NCBI GenBank assembly: GCA_947589515.1
Contig: CANQBE010000004.1
Coordinates: forward strand, 1 to 59,625
Origin: an uncultured Bacilli bacterium
GTDB lineage: Bacteria; Bacillota_I; Bacilli_A; RF39; UBA660
Length of the DNA stretch: 59,625 bases
Direction: 5' to 3'
In this document: positions 9,944-17,112 of the stretch, piece after piece
How the letters are laid out: each line of letters starts with the position of its first letter
How positions within the stretch are numbered: position 1 is the first letter of the stretch
The notes under the pieces: generated by a model
Database searches by the model: none
What the model was told of the DNA's origin: nothing
What the model saw: the letters and a program-made list of their open reading frames with translations, nothing else
Program-made: the position numbers and the translations under genes

Positions 9944-10005
9944 TAGGTAGAAATGAACAGTTGTGTTATAATAAAAGTATGATTTGATTTAAAAGAGGTG
10001 TCAAT

Positions 10006-10836
10006 ATGAGTGAAAAAGTATACCAATCGGAAGAAGAATTTTTAAAGGATTATGACTCTAGTCGATTTGAAAAATTATCACTGACAGCAGATACTTTAGT
10101 TTTTAGTGTTGCTAGTGAAGAAACGGGAAATTATCGTAAACTTCCAGAAAAAAAATTTAGTATTCTATTAGTAAAAAGAGATAATTATCCATTTAAGGAT
10201 CAATGGTGTTTACCTGGAGGATTTATTAAAATGGATGAGACGATTGATGATGCTGCAAAACGTATTTTAAAAACAGAAACCAATTTACAAGATATTTATA
10301 TGGAACAGTTATATACTTTTGGCGACGTTCATCGGGATCCTAGAATGAGGATTGTTTCTGTATCTTATATTGCATTAGTAGATAAAAATCGCTTAAAGGA
10401 TCATTTAAATAGTAATGCTAGTTGGTTTCAAATGAGTGTTTTAGAAGATGAAAAAGAAATTCAGGTTACTTTTGATAATCATCAAGAAAATTTTTCTATT
10501 GTGATTGCGAAAAAACTAAAGAGTCCTACTAGTGATCGTTATGAATATATCGTTAAAAAGAATACTCATTTAGCCTTTGATCATGCTAAGGTTATTGTTT
10601 GCGGAATTGCTAGATTAAAAAATAAAATTGAATATACGGATATTGTTTTTAATATGATGCCTAAATATTTTACACTTGGAGAATTGCAGCAAGTATACGA
10701 AGTAATTCTTGGAAAAAAATTGTTAGATCCTGCTTTTCGTAGAATCATTCAAAATAAAGTAGAAAAAACAGATAAAGTACAGACAGGTGGGGGACATCGA
10801 CCATCAGTATTATTTCAGTATCAACCGAAAAAATAA
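10006..10836 (+). CDS. nrtR: NrtR-type Nudix-wHTH regulator
   Basis: Degenerate Nudix box (WCLPGGF..AAKRILKTET), EQLYTFG..RDPR, LAFDH, FTLGELQQVYE and GGGHRPS; own TGnTATAAT near 9964-9972. Confidence 0.88.
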   Translation: MSEKVYQSEEEFLKDYDSSRFEKLSLTADTLVFSVASEETGNYRKLPEKKFSILLVKRDNYPFKDQWCLPGGFIKMDETIDDAAKRILKTETNLQDIYMEQLYTFGDVHRDPRMRIVSVSYIALVDKNRLKDHLNSNASWFQMSVLEDEKEIQVTFDNHQENFSIVIAKKLKSPTSDRYEYIVKKNTHLAFDHAKVIVCGIARLKNKIEYTDIVFNMMPKYFTLGELQQVYEVILGKKLLDPAFRRIIQNKVEKTDKVQTGGGHRPSVLFQYQPKK

Positions 10837-10945
10837 AGTTTAGTCTTTATTTTTTTCTTTCTTTTTTGGTAAAAAACTGTATATCTTTTTTTTATTTTGA
10901 TATAATGAAATAGAAAGAAAAAATCAAAATATAGAGGAGACTAAT

Positions 10946-11104
10946 ATGGCCAGAAAAGATATTATTAAAAGAAGAAAAGGAGAAGTTATTCAAGAAGCAA
11001 AAATAGAAGGAGAAAGTAATTTTCCAACGCAGGGAAATAGGATTTTATTTTTAGTTAGTTTACTTTTTCTTTTCTTTCTATTACTAATTTTATTGTTTCG
11101 TTAA
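10946..11104 (+). CDS. Unannotated 52-aa tail-anchored membrane protein (MARKDIIKRRKG...ILFLVSLLFLFFLLLILLFR)
   Basis: RBS AGAGGAG, upstream TGATATAAT, C-terminal hydrophobic helix. Confidence 0.7.
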   Translation: MARKDIIKRRKGEVIQEAKIEGESNFPTQGNRILFLVSLLFLFFLLLILLFR

Positions 11105-11154
11105 ATCGTTGTAGTCTTTTCCTTTTTAGTGTATAATGATGTTTGGTGATGATT

Positions 11155-11727
11155 ATGTACAATCAAATTTATCAAGAAAAAGAATTTTATGCTATTGCAG
11201 AACCTATTTTAAGAAATAGTGAATTTCAGCGTCGTAGAACTTTTTTACATCATAATGACTCTGTATATGATCATTCTATCAGGGTAGCTTGGTGTAGTTA
11301 TCAAATCGCAAAGTTGATTCAAAAATATAAAAACATCAATATTCAAAATGTAGTAGTTGGTGCTTTATTACATGATTTTTATATGATTCCGTGGAGAGAA
11401 TATAAAAATCCTATTCCTTGGAAAAAACATGGATTTATTCATGGGAAAATTGCTTCTATGAATTCTTACCAATTTTTTCCTAGTTTAATGAATGAACGAA
11501 TCGAAAATGCTATTAGGAGACATATGTTTCCTTTAACTCTGTTACCACCTAGATATATAGAAGGTTGGATTATTAGTATGGCTGATAAATATGTATCTTT
11601 AGAGATATTTAGAAAACCCAAAAATTTACCTCGATATATTGGAATAGAATTTTCTAAAGAAAGTTTGGTACAATCATTTAGAAATTTCTATCAAAAAACA
11701 GAACATTTTGTTTCCCATATGTATTAA
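11155..11727 (+). CDS. HD-domain phosphohydrolase
   Basis: HH..SVYDHS, ALLHDF, HGFIHG, HMFPL and ADK motifs. Confidence 0.88.
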   Translation: MYNQIYQEKEFYAIAEPILRNSEFQRRRTFLHHNDSVYDHSIRVAWCSYQIAKLIQKYKNINIQNVVVGALLHDFYMIPWREYKNPIPWKKHGFIHGKIASMNSYQFFPSLMNERIENAIRRHMFPLTLLPPRYIEGWIISMADKYVSLEIFRKPKNLPRYIGIEFSKESLVQSFRNFYQKTEHFVSHMY

Positions 11728-11746
11728 TCTGAAAATGGAGTAATTT

Positions 11747-13093
11747 ATGATCAAAAGTGATAAGTTTTTTAGTGCTACGAATTCTTTAGTAATTGGAATT
11801 GGTTTAGTGTTCATCGGCATTCTCATGGTAGTTGGTAGGGATTATTTATATATTAACTTCGTAAATGTATTTTTAATTGCGATTTTATTTTTGTCTATTA
11901 AACAGTTTGTGAATTATTTTATTGGCAAACGAAAAGATAAAAATATGAGTTTTACTAAAAGTTTTCTTTATTTGGTATTTTGTTTGATTTTATCATTATT
12001 TCGAGATATTCCTTTATCTATTTTACCAATTATCTTTGGATTTTATTTATTGATTAATGCTATCATTAAATTTATTAATTATTATATTTTATATCGAAAC
12101 AAAGCAAATGGGAGATTAACAGAACTGATATTAGGTATTTTCTATTTTGTGATTGCGATTCCTATTATTATTTTTCCTCTTAAAAATTTAAATATTGTTT
12201 TAGTTATTATAGGAATTTATCTTATTTTATTAGGAATTAATTATATTTTTGATTTTATTTCTTTTTTAATTCCTAAGCGCATCAAAAATAAAATTAGAAG
12301 AAATATTAGGATTACTTTACCTGTTTTTATTGAAGCATTAATTCCTTATACCGTTTTAAATGAAATTAATTATCTATTAGATAAAGAAAATTATGATAAA
12401 CCATTTTTATTTGAAGAAAAAAAGGAAGATATAGTTCCTGATTTGGAAATCTTTGTACATACTTCCAGTTTAGGATTTAATCGTATCGGTCATGTTGACT
12501 TATGTTATCATGGACAAGTTATTTCTTATGGTAATTATGATGGACAATCTATTCGCTTTTTTACGATGATTGGTGATGGGGTTTTATTTACAACGGATAG
12601 AGAAAAATATATTCCTTTTTGTATTGAACATAGTAAAAAAACTTTATTTGTGTTTGGCTTAAAGTTAACAGAGAATCAAAAAAAGAATCTTGATAAAATT
12701 ATTCAAAAAACATTTGATAATTTATATGAATGGAAACCTCCTTATTTAGTGGCTTTATCTCAAAAAAAGAAAATTAGCAAAAGTAAATATAAAGATTATG
12801 CCAGTTGTTTATATCAAATGACGAACGCTAAATTTTATAAATTTAAAGAGGGACGATTTAAAAAGTATTTTGTATTAGGTACGAATTGCTGTAAATTAGC
12901 TAATAATATTATTGGAAAAAGTGGAATTGATTTATTAAAGATGAATGGTATTATTACGCCAGGTACGTATTATGAATATTTAAATCGAGAATTTCAAAAG
13001 AAAAATAGTATGGTAGTTAGTCGAAAAATTTATAATCAAAGAAATGTAGATAAAAAGACCATTCAAGAAATTTTTAAGGGATTTTCTAGATGA
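11747..13093 (+). CDS. DUF308/HdeD-like multi-TM domain fused to a permuted papain-like (His before Cys) domain
   Basis: About 6 N-terminal TM helices; GHVDLCY..ISYGNY ... YFVLGTNCC. Confidence 0.6.
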   Translation: MIKSDKFFSATNSLVIGIGLVFIGILMVVGRDYLYINFVNVFLIAILFLSIKQFVNYFIGKRKDKNMSFTKSFLYLVFCLILSLFRDIPLSILPIIFGFYLLINAIIKFINYYILYRNKANGRLTELILGIFYFVIAIPIIIFPLKNLNIVLVIIGIYLILLGINYIFDFISFLIPKRIKNKIRRNIRITLPVFIEALIPYTVLNEINYLLDKENYDKPFLFEEKKEDIVPDLEIFVHTSSLGFNRIGHVDLCYHGQVISYGNYDGQSIRFFTMIGDGVLFTTDREKYIPFCIEHSKKTLFVFGLKLTENQKKNLDKIIQKTFDNLYEWKPPYLVALSQKKKISKSKYKDYASCLYQMTNAKFYKFKEGRFKKYFVLGTNCCKLANNIIGKSGIDLLKMNGIITPGTYYEYLNREFQKKNSMVVSRKIYNQRNVDKKTIQEIFKGFSR

Positions 13094-13160
13094 AAAACTA
13101 AAAATTTGTTTAGTCCATTTTTAAAGTATGTTAAAATAGTATTGTAGTGGAGGTTTTGGT

Positions 13161-13826
13161 ATGAAAAATATAATGTCGAATACGAATGATTGTAGAGAAC
13201 TTAAGAAATTCTTGGCTGCAAAAATGAATCAAGGTCTTAAATGGAATAAAATTGATTTTGACAGCTGTTATTCTAGTATTATTGCGGGAAGGTATTATTC
13301 TTTTTCTTATGATTATTATGATGATCATAGTCTAGAAAGAGATTGTGATTGTATTACTTTTGGTATTAAATACTGTCAAAATGAATGTTTAAGATTGTCT
13401 ATACAAGAAGAGGTTTATCCGCAAACAATGGGACATAAATTGGCAGTATTAAGTGATTTTTATGAAGTATTCAAGGAAGAGTTTGGTGAACCAACTTTAT
13501 TTTATACATTAAAAAATGATGATGAAAAACAGTTATGTCTTCAGTGGTCTTTTGTAAATAGGGAAGAGGACATTTTAAACTTTCGACAAGATACTGCTTT
13601 TGAAGATGCTAATATTGATGAATTGATTATTTTTGGTGAACAAGACACTACTAGAGGAAATGTAGTAAGAAAAATAGGACTTCCTTTTGAATTGATTCCT
13701 GTCGTAGAGGAGCATATCGAAGAATTTATGAAGTATAAATATGGGAAAGAAATCAGTTATCCTGCAGATTATCAACAAGACACATTAGAGAACAAAGAAA
13801 AACAAATGAAGAAGATGTATCAATAA
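13161..13826 (+). CDS. Hypothetical protein
   Basis: RBS GGAGG, 221-aa ORF, long hairpin overlapping the stop. Confidence 0.75.
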   Translation: MKNIMSNTNDCRELKKFLAAKMNQGLKWNKIDFDSCYSSIIAGRYYSFSYDYYDDHSLERDCDCITFGIKYCQNECLRLSIQEEVYPQTMGHKLAVLSDFYEVFKEEFGEPTLFYTLKNDDEKQLCLQWSFVNREEDILNFRQDTAFEDANIDELIIFGEQDTTRGNVVRKIGLPFELIPVVEEHIEEFMKYKYGKEISYPADYQQDTLENKEKQMKKMYQ

Positions 13827-13849
13827 CTCATCTTCTTCATTTGTTTTCT
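13797..13849. terminator. Long hairpin between convergent genes
   Basis: aaacaaatgaagaagatg...catcttcttcatttgttt. Confidence 0.7.
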
Positions 13850-13879
13850 ATAGATAGGAAAGTGTCCAACAACTGTTCC

Positions 13880-14740
13880 TTATTCATATAAATGATTTTT
13901 CAGTACTAAAGAATAACTCTTTTCAAAAGAAACATTGTCTACATTTTTTAGTAATCCATAATTTTCTAACATTTGTTTTGTTGTGATTTCTTGTTTTAAT
14001 ACACTTTGTAACGTTAATCGTACACTTTTTTCATCTTGACAATATAGATCATAAAGTAAAATTGTATAGTAGAATGCAATAAAATATTGCTTTTCTGGCA
14101 TTTGATAATATAGTAAAGCTTTTTGATCATTTTGTAATACTTTTATGATATCTTCTCTAAAAATATTATTGTACATTTCTAATAATTTCGATAATCTCCA
14201 TTTTAAAACCTTTTGTTTGGTCATTTTATTTTCATCACTAACTTGTATTAATTCATATAACATAGGAATAACCTCTGAATATAAGAAAAGCCACTTCCAT
14301 TCTTTACAACTTTCATTATCTAAAAAAACATGCATCACTTCATGACCAATATGAATATGAGATAATTCATCAAGTTGATAGGGAATGTTGATACTACATG
14401 GGATGTGAGGACCATAAAAAGTTGAATAGTATACCTGAGGAGGTGTACATTGCTTCACTAGATATTGTGTTACAATTAAATCTTGATATTTTTCTTCAAT
14501 TTCTTTTGATTGTAAATATTTTTGTAAGTTTAATGTAACTTTCTCCATTTCTACATCGTATGTAGATTTCTTTAAATGTGGAATTTTATAATCTTTATTT
14601 TTCGTGATTTGAGATATTACTAATTCTGATATTGCTTCTTCTTTTTCACCAGGAATTATTAAATTATCACGATTGATTAAAACATTAGTAAGTGTTATTT
14701 TTTTTTGGATTGATTCATAATTGTTATCATAGATATTCAT
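13880..14740 (-). CDS. HExxH zincin-like protein (M3-like motif spacing)
   Basis: HIGHEVMH ... YSEVIPMLYE; RBS GGGGA before ATG 14740. Confidence 0.6.
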   Translation of the reverse strand: MNIYDNNYESIQKKITLTNVLINRDNLIIPGEKEEAISELVISQITKNKDYKIPHLKKSTYDVEMEKVTLNLQKYLQSKEIEEKYQDLIVTQYLVKQCTPPQVYYSTFYGPHIPCSINIPYQLDELSHIHIGHEVMHVFLDNESCKEWKWLFLYSEVIPMLYELIQVSDENKMTKQKVLKWRLSKLLEMYNNIFREDIIKVLQNDQKALLYYQMPEKQYFIAFYYTILLYDLYCQDEKSVRLTLQSVLKQEITTKQMLENYGLLKNVDNVSFEKSYSLVLKNHLYE

Positions 14741-14792
14741 ATTAGTTTTCCCCCATCTAATATTTCTTATTAACATGATTTTCATCATATTA

Positions 14793-14921
14793 ATAAAAAT
14801 AGTACCAACTGTATAGGTTGGTACTAATCTAAAGATTTTGGAATAGTACCTAACTCATTAAATTAGGTATTCCTGTTTAAATTTATGCGATTATTATAAC
14901 ATAAAAACGAGCTTGTAGCAA
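14793..14921 (-). ncRNA. Candidate ~95-nt small RNA with its own promoter and terminator
   Basis: TTGCTA(14921-14916)-17bp-TATAAT(14898-14893); hairpin tacctaatt..gagttaggta; terminator agtaccaac..gttggtact followed by T-run. Confidence 0.6.
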
Positions 14922-14998
14922 GTACGTTTTCTATTTTTTGCTCGAGTTTTCCGAGTAACTATCTATCTGGTATCCTAAGGGAAGAAGTTCAACAACTT
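14919..14998 (-). repeat. Cassette junction repeat R1 (tRNA 3'-end mimic GGATACCA)
   Basis: Matches 15737-15815 with 3 substitutions and 1 indel. Confidence 0.95.
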
Positions 14999-15117
14999 TT
15001 TAATAAAATATTACTCGAACACTTGTTTTTATATATAATAAATAGTATACTTTTTATAGGGAATATCAGTTGTTGGGTGTCTACCTCCAATCTTTAGAGA
15101 AAGGGGGTTTGATAAAA

Positions 15118-15210
15118 ATGAAAACTAAGACTTTTATTTTAAAAGTTCTCAAGCTCATTACTATCATTTTATTTCTCCTTATCATTATGATAGTAGTTAT
15201 AAAAAAATGA
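15118..15210 (+). CDS. Type I toxin-like peptide A, 30 aa (MKTKTFILKVLKLITIILFLLIIMIVVIKK)
   Basis: Promoter TTGTTT(15023)-17-TATACT(15046), RBS AAGGGGG, single TM helix with basic ends, convergent antisense promoter. Confidence 0.78.
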   Translation: MKTKTFILKVLKLITIILFLLIIMIVVIKK

Positions 15211-15347
15211 CACTCATTCGCTAGAATAAGTGTCTAACACAATATAGTGGGTAGACATTCAATTCGGAAAAACTGAATGTTCCCTTTTTTATTTTATGCA
15301 AGTTTCCTTGACAAATACATATTATCACAATATGGATTTTTTTGCAA
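15200..15347 (-). ncRNA. Antisense RNA A (span includes its promoter)
   Basis: TTGCAA(15347-15342)-17-TAATAT(15324-15319); conserved 5' hairpin CAAG-GAAA-CUUG; terminator gacacttattc..gaatgagtgtc plus T-run. Confidence 0.7.
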
Positions 15348-15500
15348 GTTTCATTCATTTTATGACAAAAAGAGAATTGCACTTTGACAAATTTAGTATC
15401 AAATTGTATTGTGTTAAAAATAAATGTTTGTTATGATTTGTATAGGAATATTTAACAGTTGAGTGCTTGCCAAACTTCATAAAGAAGAGAGGCTGATAGT

Positions 15501-15584
15501 ATGTCTAAGAAAGATTTTTTAATCTTATCACTTATTCTTATTATTCTTTTACTAATAGCCTTACTTTTTACTTTTGTAATATAG
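15501..15584 (+). CDS. Type I toxin-like peptide B, 27 aa (MSKKDFLILSLILIILLLIALLFTFVI)
   Basis: Promoter TTGTGT(15409)-17-TATGAT(15432), RBS AGAGG; paralog at 50645. Confidence 0.82.
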   Translation: MSKKDFLILSLILIILLLIALLFTFVI

Positions 15585-15594
15585 TATTCTATGT

Positions 15595-15739
15595 AAAAGA
15601 AAAGCACTCAATCTAACAAGATTAAGTGCTAACCAATATATTGGCGAGTACTCAACATTGCGTTGTTAAGTATTTCCTTTTTATTTTATGCAAGTTTCCT
15701 TGACAAATACATAATAACACAAAAACGCACTTTTATCAA
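15595..15739 (-). ncRNA. Antisense RNA B (span includes its promoter)
   Basis: TTGATA(15739-15734)-17-TATTAT(15716-15711); same 5' hairpin; terminator agcacttaatc..gattgagtgct plus T-run. Confidence 0.72.
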
Positions 15740-15815
15740 GTACGTTTTCTATTTTTGCTCGAGTTTTCCGAGTAACTATCTATCTGGTGCCCTAAGGGAA
15801 GAAGTACAACAACTT
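15737..15815 (-). repeat. Cassette junction repeat R2 (tRNA 3'-end mimic AGGGCACCA)
   Basis: Near-identical to 14919-14998; AGGGCACCAGATAG equals the tRNA-Arg 3' end plus flank at 51206-51193. Confidence 0.95.
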
Positions 15816-15817
15816 AT

Positions 15818-16390
15818 CTATCCATTTTGATTTTTACTATAACACTCTTTTTTATAATATAATGTTTTTAATTTATCTAGTCCCAATGTATTATAATTAA
15901 TTTCATCAAATCCATAAGAAATTAATTCATCGATTAATTTTTTTCTTTGTTCTTCTAGTGGCAATTCATAATAAATTGAATTATCATAATAAACTAATAA
16001 TCCGATATCCTTAATTTCTTGCAATTGAATTTTACTATTCATACCTTTCTTATAATAATGATGGTCATATTTAAGAGTATCAAATATTTTTTTATAATCA
16101 CATTCTGATAATCTTTTTTCTAATGCAATTAACTCGTTAAAAGAAACTTCATTTATATCTAATTCTTTTAGTAAATTATTTTGAACTTTAAATGAACTGC
16201 CATTACAACTTCTCAATCTAATACAAGAATTTTTCATTTCATTTTCACTTAGATTATCTAAATTTTTATTAGTATAGTAGATATCATGTGTTTTAACATT
16301 AAAATCATTATAAAACCCATTATTTTTTAAAAAAGTATCATAATAATTAAAATTATTTTTTAATTTTATACCAACTTCAACTATTTGCAT
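15818..16390 (-). CDS. CYTH-like (triphosphate tunnel) protein, cassette cargo
   Basis: N-terminal EVGIK (degenerate ExExK), DIYY, IRLR and IKDIGLL pattern; RBS GGAGG. Confidence 0.6.
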   Translation of the reverse strand: MQIVEVGIKLKNNFNYYDTFLKNNGFYNDFNVKTHDIYYTNKNLDNLSENEMKNSCIRLRSCNGSSFKVQNNLLKELDINEVSFNELIALEKRLSECDYKKIFDTLKYDHHYYKKGMNSKIQLQEIKDIGLLVYYDNSIYYELPLEEQRKKLIDELISYGFDEINYNTLGLDKLKTLYYKKECYSKNQNG

Positions 16391-16437
16391 AACTGTTTTG
16401 CCTCCATAAATATTTTGTTAATTGAGTTTGTCAATTA

Positions 16438-16546
16438 GCAAGTATGTTTTCTAAATTGAAAATTTAACAATTAAATCTATAAAAATTATATCATGAATTC
16501 GACCATTTTAAAACTCGAACCATAAAAGTCCGAGTAACTATCAATC
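16438..16546 (-). repeat. tRNA-proximal conserved arm R3 (hairpin, extended -10 promoter, leader motif)
   Basis: 16477-16535 matches 51127-51185 at 58/59 positions; minus-strand TGATATAAT at 16493-16485. Confidence 0.95.
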
Positions 16547-16620
16547 TGGTGCCGAATGACATAGTCGAAATGTCCTCTGACCCTTACCAAGGGCCTGTTT
16601 TACCGCTAAACTAAATCGGC
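16547..16620 (-). tRNA. tRNA-Thr(GGT), CCA encoded, non-canonical T-arm
   Basis: Cloverleaf GCCGATT/ATTCGGC, anticodon arm GGCCC-TTGGTAA-GGGTC, T-arm GACAT-TTCGACT-ATGTC; promoter TTGCAT(16661)-17-TAAACT. Confidence 0.88.
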
Positions 16621-16743
16621 AATTACTCTTATAGTTTAATATAAATTAGTATGAGATGCAAGTCCTTTTTTTCTTTTTCCTGTGTCAATCTAACAGACAT
16701 CCTCTTTTTTCCTTCATATAATATGGTGAAGGGAAGGGATAAT

Positions 16744-17112
16744 ATGTTAAATTGGAGCTTACTTCAAAATTTATTAGTAATCGCTATTGCTTGTAGTAGT
16801 ATTACGGTAATTTTTATTCAGAAGACAAAGAAATTTTGTCGAAATAGTAAATGTATTATTATACAAGGCTTTCTTACCAATATGATATTAGGCTTCTTCT
16901 TTTGTCAAACTTTCACAAATGCCAATGTGATTCATAGTTTGTGGGTTGGCCTATTTAGTTTTTTAGGTGCTGATACTATCTATAAAAGTTTGGAAGGTAA
17001 ACTTTCTAGTTATAAAGATTTAATAGGAAAAGAAGAGAATACAACTTCACCATCAGAAATGAATCCTGATATTCAAGATACCGATATTATAGGAGAGATT
17101 GATTATGACTAA
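16744..17112 (+). CDS. Holin-like small membrane protein (about 3 TM)
   Basis: Three hydrophobic segments, acidic tail, overlaps a cell-wall hydrolase gene. Confidence 0.55.
   Translation: MLNWSLLQNLLVIAIACSSITVIFIQKTKKFCRNSKCIIIQGFLTNMILGFFFCQTFTNANVIHSLWVGLFSFLGADTIYKSLEGKLSSYKDLIGKEENTTSPSEMNPDIQDTDIIGEIDYD

Noticed and set aside
2593-10836. NAD cluster as phage NARP1/NARP2
   Set aside because: Enzymes are the deamidating PncA/PncB/NadD/NadE set, there is no PRPP-synthetase-like gene and no phage context
14919-15815. R1/R2 repeats and the 35-bp conserved block as a CRISPR array
   Set aside because: Spacing is 390-820 bp with genes in between, and no cas genes are present
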